Shown here one piece after another: positions 35,807-43,914 of a stretch of DNA of 64,000 bases (the first letter of the stretch is position 1; every line of letters starts with the position of its first letter). The stretch lies in IMG/VR virus record IMGVR_UViG_3300050132_000084, positions 1 through 64,000 of that record; one strand, given 5' to 3'. The notes beneath the pieces were generated by a model that ran no database searches, was not told where the DNA came from, and was given only the letters and a program-made list of their open reading frames with translations. Source of the DNA: a virus. The position numbers were made by a program, and so were the translations under genes.

Positions 35807-36342
35807 TGATTAAAATTAGAAGTATTATTGATCCATATCTTGAACAGATTATGGTTGACCTTGAAACAATTTCCACAGCAAACAATGCAGTCATTGTGTC
35901 AATTGGTGCAACACGATTCACCCTTCATGAAGGTATAATCGATAAATTCTCCATCAACGTTGATCCATTCGATGCTAAAAAATATGGACTACATATTGAT
36001 CCAGATACAATCGCATGGTGGAAAAAACAACCAAAAGAAGTTTCTGATTTATGGAAAGTGAATCCAGTACCTTTAAAAGAAGCACTAAATAAATTCGATT
36101 TATTCTATGGGCCGAAATTAATTCCTATCTATGGTAACAGTGCATCATTTGATGTTGATATTCTTGAATCATCACATAGGGCCACAAACATGGCTATACC
36201 ATGGGATTTCAGGGATGGTACATGCTTTAGAACTATCTGCAAAATGTTTCCAGATGTTGAATATGAAAGGGCAGTTGTAGCACATTCTGCTTTAGATGAT
36301 GCAATCACACAAACAAACCATTTATTGAAACTTCTTGCATGA
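35806..36342 (+). CDS. dexA: DnaQ-fold 3'-5' exonuclease (T4 DexA-like)
   Basis: Exo I motif VDLET; IAWWKKQ matches T4 DexA IEWWKNQ; Exo III motif HSALDDA. Confidence 0.7.
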   Translation: MIKIRSIIDPYLEQIMVDLETISTANNAVIVSIGATRFTLHEGIIDKFSINVDPFDAKKYGLHIDPDTIAWWKKQPKEVSDLWKVNPVPLKEALNKFDLFYGPKLIPIYGNSASFDVDILESSHRATNMAIPWDFRDGTCFRTICKMFPDVEYERAVVAHSALDDAITQTNHLLKLLA

Positions 36343-36614
36343 AGATTATTACATGGTTAGCCACATTCACAAGTATATTCGGTGTCCTTCTTTCAGCAGT
36401 AGATTTCTATCCATATTTCATTTATGTATTTCTTTTAAGTAATGTTCTATGGATTTATATTGGTGTAAATTGGCAAAAGTTTCCAATAATAGTTTCAAAT
36501 TCCGTTGTACTTTTTATTAATCTTGTAGGTTTATTTTTGGAGTTTCATGAACAAATTTCTTGTTTCTGTATTACTCATTTTAGCAACGCTGTCTGGATGT
36601 TCCACTACACCTAG
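36339..36614 (+). CDS. Small polytopic membrane protein
   Basis: Three hydrophobic helices; ATGA-coupled to dexA. Confidence 0.5.
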   Translation: MKIITWLATFTSIFGVLLSAVDFYPYFIYVFLLSNVLWIYIGVNWQKFPIIVSNSVVLFINLVGLFLEFHEQISCFCITHFSNAVWMFHYT

Positions 36615-37155
36615 ACCTTATGATTCAATTGAATATCTTGCCAATGTAAGTGTCACTGTTGATACCACAAGGGCCATTCATGAATGTCACAATCGAGATA
36701 GATTAGAATTTTATAATTATCTTCATCAAGCAAATTCCGAGAGTATGTTACTGGATGAATTTGCTAAAGGTAAATCAGATTCAACTAAGCTGATTACTGC
36801 TGTTGATATTGAACGAAGCATGTTTAATGAAATCATTGTTCGTGGTGATTTCAGTGAATCATACTGTGTTGAAAAATTGACTAACATTCAGGCTGTATCA
36901 CGTATTCTTGCACGTGTAGATGGTGGATCAGGAAACTTCAACATGTGCGACGGTGGTATCAAGGAACGATATACTCTATTCTCACAAAGTTATGCCAATG
37001 GTGATATCACTGTATCAGAATACAAGGAATTGGTTACTGATGTATTAAAGCTGGATAAAGTTGATACTAGTGGTTGTAGTATTGAATCAAAGCGTAAATT
37101 GTTGGATGACCTTCAGTTTATTGAATCTATTGCCCCTACAATTATGAAACTATGA
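36547..37155 (+). CDS. Lipoprotein
   Basis: Signal peptide with lipobox MNKFLVSVLLILATLSGC; RBS ggag upstream. Confidence 0.7.
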   Translation: MNKFLVSVLLILATLSGCSTTPRPYDSIEYLANVSVTVDTTRAIHECHNRDRLEFYNYLHQANSESMLLDEFAKGKSDSTKLITAVDIERSMFNEIIVRGDFSESYCVEKLTNIQAVSRILARVDGGSGNFNMCDGGIKERYTLFSQSYANGDITVSEYKELVTDVLKLDKVDTSGCSIESKRKLLDDLQFIESIAPTIMKL

Positions 37156-37394
37156 AAACATCATTTACAAAAGAACCACCATCAGAACAACAGAAGGTTA
37201 GTGATGTAGTATCCAAGAAATATCAGGAACTAACACAATTCATGAATCGTAAGGCACGGCGGTCTAAGAATGGCAAGAAACAATTAATGTATGCCCAACA
37301 TGCTGCAATCACTGCTGGTGTACAGTATCTTAAAGATTTGCATAAGGATGACGGTGTACAAGAAGGAAAAGACAATGGATCAGTTGCATCATGA
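37152..37394 (+). CDS. Hypothetical small basic protein
   Basis: ATGA-coupled at both ends. The N-terminus MKTSFTKE only weakly resembles the CTS leader. Confidence 0.55.
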   Translation: MKTSFTKEPPSEQQKVSDVVSKKYQELTQFMNRKARRSKNGKKQLMYAQHAAITAGVQYLKDLHKDDGVQEGKDNGSVAS

Positions 37395-38425
37395 GTAAAT
37401 TTGTAATTCTAGGTGATACTCACTTTTCTGTTCGGAATGGCGATAAACGATTCGTTAATTATTTCGATAAGGTTTATACTGATTGGTTCTTTCCTGAATT
37501 GAAGAAGCGTGGACTAAAGAAAATCATTCAGGTTGGTGATCTATTCGACAAACGTACTGGTAATGATTCATTCGCCGTGTCAGAATCCAAGCGATACTTC
37601 TTCGATAAGTTATGTCAAGATGGTTGTTACATGTGGACTCTACTCGGAAACCATGATTTATATTTTAAGAATTCATTGGATGTTAGTTCACCAGAACTTT
37701 TATTGGATGGATACCAAAATATTACCATCATTAATAAACCAACCAAGATTGGAAGTCTAGATTTCATTCCATGGATTTGTGATGAAAATCGTGCTAAAGT
37801 ATTCCAATTCATCAAGGACAGTGAGTCTAAATTCTGCTTCGGCCATTTTGAAATCACTGGCTTCAGCATGTACAAGGGTGTCAAAGGACAAGATGGATTA
37901 TCACCAACGATCTTCAACAAGTATGATGGTGTCTTTAGCGGTCATTATCACACTGCTAGTAAACAATTAAATATTCAATACACTGGTAGTCCGGCAGAAT
38001 ACACATGGTCTGATGCAGATGATCCAAAGGGATTCTGGATATTTGATGACGAAACTGGTGAAACAGAATTCGTAGTTAATCCATTCACCATGTTCACCAA
38101 GGTGTTCTATGATGAAGAAGATATTGGTAAATTTGACTTTACTACATTAACAGACAAATTTGTTCGCTTGTATGTGATCAACAATAAAGACCTGAAGAAG
38201 TATGATAAATTTGTTCAAAATATCAACGAATCAAATCCACATGAACTAAAAATTATTGAAGAAGGTCAATCTGCTGTGTCGGATGTTGATACAGAAAATA
38301 TCGATGTCCGTGATACACCATCATTGATTGAACAATATATTGATGGACTGGAAACTGATCTTGATAAGGAACGATTGAAAAAGATGATGCGTAAATTATA
38401 TGTTGAAGCACAAAGTGAGGAATAA
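37391..38425 (+). CDS. g47: Recombination nuclease subunit, T4 gp47 (Mre11/SbcD-like)
   Basis: ILGDTHF, GDLFDKR, LLGNHDLYFKN, IPWICDEN, FGHFEI.GF, FSGHYH and DPKGFWIFDDET parallel T4 gp47. Confidence 0.92.
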   Translation: MSKFVILGDTHFSVRNGDKRFVNYFDKVYTDWFFPELKKRGLKKIIQVGDLFDKRTGNDSFAVSESKRYFFDKLCQDGCYMWTLLGNHDLYFKNSLDVSSPELLLDGYQNITIINKPTKIGSLDFIPWICDENRAKVFQFIKDSESKFCFGHFEITGFSMYKGVKGQDGLSPTIFNKYDGVFSGHYHTASKQLNIQYTGSPAEYTWSDADDPKGFWIFDDETGETEFVVNPFTMFTKVFYDEEDIGKFDFTTLTDKFVRLYVINNKDLKKYDKFVQNINESNPHELKIIEEGQSAVSDVDTENIDVRDTPSLIEQYIDGLETDLDKERLKKMMRKLYVEAQSEE

Positions 38426-40143
38426 TGCATATCATATTTAAAACCATAACATACCAGAACTTTTTATCTACAGGTTCAAATGGTGTCACGATTCAATTGA
38501 ATCAAAATCCAACCACCCTGATAACAGGGAAAAATGGTGCAGGAAAATCATCGTGGGTGGATGCATTGTGCTACGCATTATTCAATAAGCCACATCGTGA
38601 AGTAAATCTTCCAGCATTGGTCAATTCTGTTAATGGTAAGAAAATGCTGGTTGAACTTGAATTCTCTATTGGTACACATGAATTCAAAATTCGCCGTGGT
38701 GCTAAACCATCCGTGTTTGAAATATTCAAGAATGGTGAACTAATCCCACAAGATGCAGCCAATGGTGATTATCAAAAATATCTGGAATCACAAATCCTTG
38801 GGATGAACCATAAAACATTCTGTCAATTGGTCATCATCGGGAAAGCATCATACACACCATTTATGAAATTATCATCGGCTGTCCGTAGGGATAAGATTGA
38901 AGATTTCTTGGATATTCGTATATTTTCCAACATGGCTGAAATAATCAAAGAAGATGTGTCATCATCAAAACAATTAATCACAGGAATCGAATCTGAGTAC
39001 ACCATTCACAAAAATAAAATCGATGTACAACAATCTTACATCAATACTTTATCTGCTGACCATACGAAAAAGACTGAAGAAACACAGTTGCAGATCAGTT
39101 CTATATTCACCAAGATTAAAGAACTAGAAGCCGAAGTAGAAATACAACAAAAGGCTGTGGCTGAATTGTTACCAACTGTTGCAGATCATAAATCAGTATC
39201 GGAAAAGTCCACCAAGATGAATGAACTGAAATACAAGCTGTCCACCAACGAGAAATCATTGTTGACAGAATTAGCATTTTTTGAGAATAATAATGACTGT
39301 CCAACATGTAAGCAGCATATTGATAATGAATTCAAGTCCGAAATAGTTATACAAAAATCGGACAAGAAGGATGAACTTGAAAAAGCATTGGTTTCATTGA
39401 ATACACAAGTTTCAACGGTTGCTGAAAGAATCAAAGATATTGAATTAGTGAATCGTGAAATCACCAAGATCAACAATGAAATACGAGACCTACAAGGCTC
39501 TATCACATCAGAACAGCGTTACCTACAGAAACTTCAAAAAGAATTGACTGAGGCCGCGCAAAGTGATTCCAATCTTGATGTAGAACGTGACAAGCTGAAA
39601 CAGTATGCAATCACTGCAATGAATATCATCGAACGAAAAAATGTATTGATGACAGATAGACAATATATTGATTTATGTGTCAAGTTGCTGAAGGATACTG
39701 CAATCAAGGCTGAAGTCGTGGCACAATACTTACCTATCATCAATAAATTGATTGCAAAGTATTTGGAGAAACTTGAATTTTTTACAACATTTGATTTAGA
39801 TACAAGTTTCAATGAATCAATATTGAGTCGTGATCGTGATTTGTTTTCGTACAATTTATTTTCGATAGGTGAACAATCGAAAATTGACTTGTCATTATTG
39901 TTCACATGGATTACAATTACCACATTGAAAAATACAGTAAGTACGAATATTATTGTGTTTGATGAAATGTTGGATTCCGGTTTGGACTCTGATTCCAGTT
40001 CATTGGTGATGGATATTTTGCTGGAAGATTTTGGTAATCGCAACATTGTGATTATATCGCACTACCCTGATTTGTATACTGATAAAGTAAAACAACACAT
40101 TAAATTTGCTAAAGTTGGCAATTATTCTGAAATTGTGGTATAA
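38425..40143 (+). CDS. g46: Recombination ATPase subunit, T4 gp46 (Rad50/SbcC-like)
   Basis: Walker A GKNGAGKSS, a long central coiled coil with a CPTC zinc hook, and a C-terminal signature/Walker B region (IIVFDEMLDSGLD). Confidence 0.9.
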   Translation: MHIIFKTITYQNFLSTGSNGVTIQLNQNPTTLITGKNGAGKSSWVDALCYALFNKPHREVNLPALVNSVNGKKMLVELEFSIGTHEFKIRRGAKPSVFEIFKNGELIPQDAANGDYQKYLESQILGMNHKTFCQLVIIGKASYTPFMKLSSAVRRDKIEDFLDIRIFSNMAEIIKEDVSSSKQLITGIESEYTIHKNKIDVQQSYINTLSADHTKKTEETQLQISSIFTKIKELEAEVEIQQKAVAELLPTVADHKSVSEKSTKMNELKYKLSTNEKSLLTELAFFENNNDCPTCKQHIDNEFKSEIVIQKSDKKDELEKALVSLNTQVSTVAERIKDIELVNREITKINNEIRDLQGSITSEQRYLQKLQKELTEAAQSDSNLDVERDKLKQYAITAMNIIERKNVLMTDRQYIDLCVKLLKDTAIKAEVVAQYLPIINKLIAKYLEKLEFFTTFDLDTSFNESILSRDRDLFSYNLFSIGEQSKIDLSLLFTWITITTLKNTVSTNIIVFDEMLDSGLDSDSSSLVMDILLEDFGNRNIVIISHYPDLYTDKVKQHIKFAKVGNYSEIVV

Positions 40144-40144
40144 T
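40115..40144 (+). promoter_or_regulatory. Early promoter (TTGGCA-N18-TATAAT, TGTGGTATAATGGTTGTAT box)
   Basis: ttgtggtataatggttgtat at 40133-40152 is identical over 20 nt to the promoter at 48420. Confidence 0.6.
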
Positions 40145-40173
40145 GGTTGTATTGAATATTTTTGGGAATAATT

Positions 40174-40449
40174 ATGGAAGATTTTAACTTGCCTTGGCAT
40201 TTCATTTTAACTACATATAATAATCAATTAATTTCTCTTAAAGAAAGTTCATTGGGGAAATTGTTGTGGAAGCGTAATAATGAAAAACAAACCAAGATAG
40301 ACAACATTAATTTAAAACTTACAGAATTAAGACAACATAAAGATGATGTAAATAACCAAATTGAATCATTAGTGAAACAATTAAAAAAACTTGGGTATCC
40401 GTATTTTATGGTTGACAACGGATGCAATGGGCCTATAATCACTATATAG
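40174..40449 (+). CDS. Hypothetical small coiled-coil protein (last AT-rich gene before the GC-rich island)
   Basis: First ATG is at 40174 (the track start at 40162 is TTG). The C-terminus ...GYPYFMVDNG is echoed by ...KPYFAVDER just inside the island. Confidence 0.5.
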   Translation: MEDFNLPWHFILTTYNNQLISLKESSLGKLLWKRNNEKQTKIDNINLKLTELRQHKDDVNNQIESLVKQLKKLGYPYFMVDNGCNGPIITI

Positions 40450-40490
40450 ATAAACCGTATTTTGCGGTTGATGAAAGGGAGCGAGGCGTG

Positions 40491-40721
40491 ATGGCCGTAT
40501 ATCCAATACGCGATGAAATTGTAACTGCGCGAAAGTTTCACTTTTGCGATGCCTGTGAGATTTTCCAAGGTGCTGACATTCCAGAGTCTTACTTAACGCC
40601 GGATGAACTGCTGATTGTTCAAGCAGCGAGATCAGATAACTGGAAGATCAAGCCTGCGGCAATCGAGGATATGGCGAAATTGACAGATGCCGCCGATTCA
40701 ATTAAATCAGACGAATGTTGA
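40491..40721 (+). CDS. Hypothetical protein, first gene of GC-rich island
   Basis: ATG preceded by gggagcgagg. An alternative longer ORF starts at 40422. Composition switches to GC-rich here. Confidence 0.5.
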   Translation: MAVYPIRDEIVTARKFHFCDACEIFQGADIPESYLTPDELLIVQAARSDNWKIKPAAIEDMAKLTDAADSIKSDEC

Positions 40722-40733
40722 AGGAGAAGCAAA

Positions 40734-40982
40734 ATGAGAAAAAATTACGATATGCTGCCGGAAGACTTAGCAAAGATCAAAGAGGCATGTAAGCCAGAGC
40801 CGTTAATTGTGCTTCAGTGCGGGATGCCAAGATCGCTGCAAGAGCGCGCTAATTCCGCATGGAAGGAATTAGGTGAAAGAATGGGATTCGACCACATGAC
40901 CGTGCGGCCACGCAGCGGAAGCGAACGGTTCTTTAGCGCGGAAGAAACTATTCACCCGACCGAATCGCGGAGTCTGTCATGA
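40734..40982 (+). CDS. Hypothetical protein (GC-rich island)
   Basis: RBS aaggag 7 nt upstream; ATGA-coupled to the next gene. Confidence 0.6.
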   Translation: MRKNYDMLPEDLAKIKEACKPEPLIVLQCGMPRSLQERANSAWKELGERMGFDHMTVRPRSGSERFFSAEETIHPTESRSLS

Positions 40983-41242
40983 CCAGACTAACCGAAGCTG
41001 AGCAACAGATGCGCGATAACCTGGCCGATATTCTTGTCGAAGCCGGATGGTACCGCGACACCATCGACGGCAATCATCGACTTGGCGAAGCTATTCCAGC
41101 GATCATGCGGGAGCTTGAGATTAAGCCGCAAGGCGATGCACTCGATGCGATGAAACTTGCGATTACGGCTCTAGTCGCAGTTACAAATAACGCGCCGGAA
41201 TCGATTGCCGCGATGGACGCGATGGACGCGCCAAAGTCATGA
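40979..41242 (+). CDS. Hypothetical protein (GC-rich island)
   Basis: ATGA overlaps at both ends. Confidence 0.6.
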   Translation: MTRLTEAEQQMRDNLADILVEAGWYRDTIDGNHRLGEAIPAIMRELEIKPQGDALDAMKLAITALVAVTNNAPESIAAMDAMDAPKS

Positions 41243-41556
41243 CAACCTACTCAATCCGCTGCCGCAACAGCCGTTGTCGTCATCGCCGCGTGTCGAAGAC
41301 GCACCCTGACGATTACAAGATCGTGCCGAAATGCGCGGCCTGCGGTGAGCGGCGCGGCAATATCGTCGGACAAGATGAGTCTGGCGAGGATTCGATTGCA
41401 GGACACAAGCGCATGTGCACGATGTTTGAGGCGCATGGCAAACAATTGGATGATGACGATGAGGCCGGGAAACTGCTTGCTGAAGGAGATCCTGCCTTGC
41501 AGGACGACACTGACTACACCCCGAACGATAACTCAACATGGGCACCACGATCATGA
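41239..41556 (+). CDS. Zn-ribbon protein with acidic tail (GC-rich island)
   Basis: CRNSRC...CAAC at the N-terminus; ATGA-coupled at both ends. Competing ORFs in other frames look like GC-composition artefacts. Confidence 0.5.
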   Translation: MTTYSIRCRNSRCRHRRVSKTHPDDYKIVPKCAACGERRGNIVGQDESGEDSIAGHKRMCTMFEAHGKQLDDDDEAGKLLAEGDPALQDDTDYTPNDNSTWAPRS

Positions 41557-41795
41557 AGAAAATATTTACGCAAATTATTAGAGGGTGCGGCGACCTACCT
41601 TATGTAGGCGAGCATCCCGGTACGCCGGTCATGATCCTGATGATGCTTGCCGGAGGTGGCGCAGGAATCAAAGGGGGGATGTCTGGGTTCTTGGCAGGCA
41701 TATGCTTTATGGCTGTTTTCATTTTGCCGATTTATCTATACGGCGCATGGGATAGGGCTGAATTGTCTGATGTGCTTCAAAAGGAAAACGAATGA
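41553..41795 (+). CDS. Small membrane protein, two TM helices (GC-rich island)
   Basis: PVMILMMLAGGGAGI and FLAGICFMAVFILPIYLYGAW; start chosen at the ATGA overlap. Confidence 0.55.
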   Translation: MKKIFTQIIRGCGDLPYVGEHPGTPVMILMMLAGGGAGIKGGMSGFLAGICFMAVFILPIYLYGAWDRAELSDVLQKENE

Positions 41796-42052
41796 TTGAT
41801 GATTCGGACAGATTGAAGCCATGCCCGTTTTGTGGTGGCGTGCCGCAAAGCGTTCCAACATCAAATGGTGCTAGATTTATTGAATGCACAAAATGCCACG
41901 CATCAACTAGCCTTGTGTATTCCACGGGCGAAGATTGCGCGCCGATTCTTGCAGAGAAGTGGAATAAACGCGCTTTACTGACAAGTGATTTTGGTGAAGA
42001 TGTCCGCAAATTCTCTCACCACATGGACGACAGGGGGCAAGGCTGGATATGA
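41792..42052 (+). CDS. lar: Lar-family restriction alleviation protein
   Basis: LKPCPFCGG...IECTKCHAS...AEKWNKRA fits the Lar signature CPFCGG...C..C...A...WN.R. Confidence 0.7.
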   Translation: MIDDSDRLKPCPFCGGVPQSVPTSNGARFIECTKCHASTSLVYSTGEDCAPILAEKWNKRALLTSDFGEDVRKFSHHMDDRGQGWI

Positions 42053-42101
42053 ACAGCATTTGCAAAAATACGATTTATACAACGAATAGGGAGCTACACA
42101 A

Positions 42102-42308
42102 ATGAACGAGCAAAATGACGCTTGGGTTGCAGTGAATGGCGGGATTGCAGAGATGACTGACAAAAATGAGAGCCTCGATAACCTGCGCCGGGAGTGTGAC
42201 GAAATCACAGAGCTTAACTATGCTCAATGGCTTGCTCTTGAGAATTGCAGGCTGCTTGCAAGTCGCAGTCGTAAAGAGGAATGGGCGCAGCATGTCTTGC
42301 GATTCTGA
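42102..42308 (+). CDS. Hypothetical protein (GC-rich island)
   Basis: RBS gggag upstream; 68 aa. Confidence 0.55.
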   Translation: MNEQNDAWVAVNGGIAEMTDKNESLDNLRRECDEITELNYAQWLALENCRLLASRSRKEEWAQHVLRF

Positions 42309-42319
42309 AAACTTAAATA

Positions 42320-42577
42320 ATGCCAACACTAATTAGACTAGGTGATCCCGGTTCCCATGGCGGAACCATGATTACAGCAACAGGAAATTTCACTGACGAT
42401 GGCATTCAGGTATGTGTGAATGGTGATACATATCATTGTAATGTGCATGGCAACCAAACTGTTACAGCATCGTTCAGTGGATTTTCTGCCAATGGTAAGG
42501 CCGTTCTTGTGGATGGCGATACAGCAGCTTGTGGTGCAACGATTGGCCCCGGCAGTCCAGATACAACTGCATATTAA
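42320..42577 (+). CDS. PAAR-domain protein (spike-tip; T4 gp5.4-like)
   Basis: Three GD-anchored repeats: RLGDPGSHGG, CVNGDTYHCNVHG and VLVDGDTAACGATIG; 85 aa, the typical PAAR size. Confidence 0.65.
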   Translation: MPTLIRLGDPGSHGGTMITATGNFTDDGIQVCVNGDTYHCNVHGNQTVTASFSGFSANGKAVLVDGDTAACGATIGPGSPDTTAY

Positions 42578-42585
42578 AGGAAAAT

Positions 42586-42747
42586 ATGTATTACGATATG
42601 AAAATTTATGATCGGTATGAAGGCATGATTCAAATAACAGTTTCGGCAAATTCAGATAGTGAAGCAATTGAAGAAGCTACAATATCAGCGGCTGAGAATG
42701 GTTGTATGGAAGTAACAGATATAGAAATAATTGACTGCTACGATTAA
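42586..42747 (+). CDS. Hypothetical small acidic protein
   Basis: ATG after aaggaaaat; AT-rich again. Confidence 0.45.
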   Translation: MYYDMKIYDRYEGMIQITVSANSDSEAIEEATISAAENGCMEVTDIEIIDCYD

Positions 42748-42759
42748 TTGTGGTATAAT
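42731..42759 (+). promoter_or_regulatory. Early promoter (TTGACT-N17-TATAAT, TGTGGTATAATG box)
   Basis: ttgact at 42731-42736; tgtggtataatg at 42749-42760. Confidence 0.7.
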
Positions 42760-42785
42760 GTTGTTTAAATTATGAAAGGTAAGTG

Positions 42786-43715
42786 ATGTCATTAACAGTA
42801 AGTGAACTTCAAAGTATTGTCAAGCGTAATTCAAATCATATTCGGAATCTAGAGAAAGACCGAAAAGACCGAAAAGACTTCATTTGTGAAACCAAATCAC
42901 GATTTAAAGTCCCTGATTCAATGTATACAGCTTTGCGGAAGAAAACCAAAGAGTTAAAAGTTGATGCATTGCATCAACGTCTTCTTAAACAAGAGTTGAA
43001 ATCATTATATCAACTTGTTCCAAAATCAAGTGAAGTCCCCAAAATCGAAGCACCAAAATATAGTGTTTTCTATGTAGAGGTATTTGGAGAAGAACATTCA
43101 AATCTGGTTCAACAAATTATGTTTAATCTTGGTTATCGTTGGGCATCAGGGAGTGTCAACCCATTATCTGAATTTAGTCATTGTTATCTTCAGACATTTG
43201 AAGATGGAACGATTAAGGCACAGTTTCATAAAGAGTTTCTAGTAGGTGTTTGTAAAATATTAACTACAGATGGACAATTGACAACTTTTCCTGATTCAGT
43301 AGAAATCTATGAACCACCAGAAGTAGACCATCCTGTGGCTGTGAATAAAGTTGAAGTACCAAATGTTGTAGGTGATATTCATAGTGATGCCATGGGTTCC
43401 GGTGCACGATATAATAATGGGAAACCAGATTATTCATTGATTCCATTGTGTACAATGGATGGTGAGGCACGTGTGTGGATGAAGGGCACAGAAAAATATA
43501 CTGCTTGGAACTGGATGCGTGGAATGAAATGGTCTGTTCCACTAGCTAGTGCACTTAGACATTTATCAAAGTGGCAAAGTGGCGAAGATATTGATGAAGA
43601 ATCTGGTGAATCACATTTAGATCACATTATGTGTAATATCAGAATGCTAAAATTATACACAAAAACATTTACTGAAGGTGATGATCGACCAAAAAAATGG
43701 TTACATTATGCGTAA
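42786..43715 (+). CDS. Two-domain protein; C-terminal DUF5664-like (dATP/dGTP pyrophosphohydrolase-type) domain
   Basis: GARYNNGKPDYSLIPL...KGTEKYTAWNWMRGMKWS..LASALRHLSKWQSGEDIDEESGESHLDHIMCN matches my recollection of KYD.GK..L.P...KY...NW..G......SA.RH.....GE..D.ESG..HL.H. Confidence 0.5.
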   Translation: MSLTVSELQSIVKRNSNHIRNLEKDRKDRKDFICETKSRFKVPDSMYTALRKKTKELKVDALHQRLLKQELKSLYQLVPKSSEVPKIEAPKYSVFYVEVFGEEHSNLVQQIMFNLGYRWASGSVNPLSEFSHCYLQTFEDGTIKAQFHKEFLVGVCKILTTDGQLTTFPDSVEIYEPPEVDHPVAVNKVEVPNVVGDIHSDAMGSGARYNNGKPDYSLIPLCTMDGEARVWMKGTEKYTAWNWMRGMKWSVPLASALRHLSKWQSGEDIDEESGESHLDHIMCNIRMLKLYTKTFTEGDDRPKKWLHYA

Positions 43716-43914
43716 AATCAAAAAACTACTGAAGCAAATTGGACTTATTCTGACACCAATTGTTCTATTATATGGACATTTTGTGTATCTTGCACCAATG
43801 TTATTTGCACATACATCGTCTGCTGCATTCAATATGGCTGTTGGTATCACTATTTTCCTAGTGTTGTTAGAAGCGATGGCAATTACTATGGTGAACGGTG
43901 GTGCTGTGCGATGA
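43708..43914 (+). CDS. Small membrane protein
   Basis: Two hydrophobic helices; an alternative start lies at 43678. Confidence 0.5.
   Translation: MRKIKKLLKQIGLILTPIVLLYGHFVYLAPMLFAHTSSAAFNMAVGITIFLVLLEAMAITMVNGGAVR

Noticed and set aside
37152-37394. MKTSFTKE N-terminus as a seventh capsid-targeting-sequence protein
   Set aside because: Only MKT is shared. It lacks the F-(K/E/N)-Q-(F/L) core and the conserved nucleotide leader.
41237-41581. Several overlapping ORFs in other frames or on the other strand (41237..41554 minus, 41251..41445 minus, 41313..41510 minus, 41345..41581 plus)
   Set aside because: Long open frames are expected by chance in ~57% GC DNA. Their products are Arg/Ser/Cys-rich nonsense-like. 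Only the chosen frame is ATGA-coupled to both neighbours.
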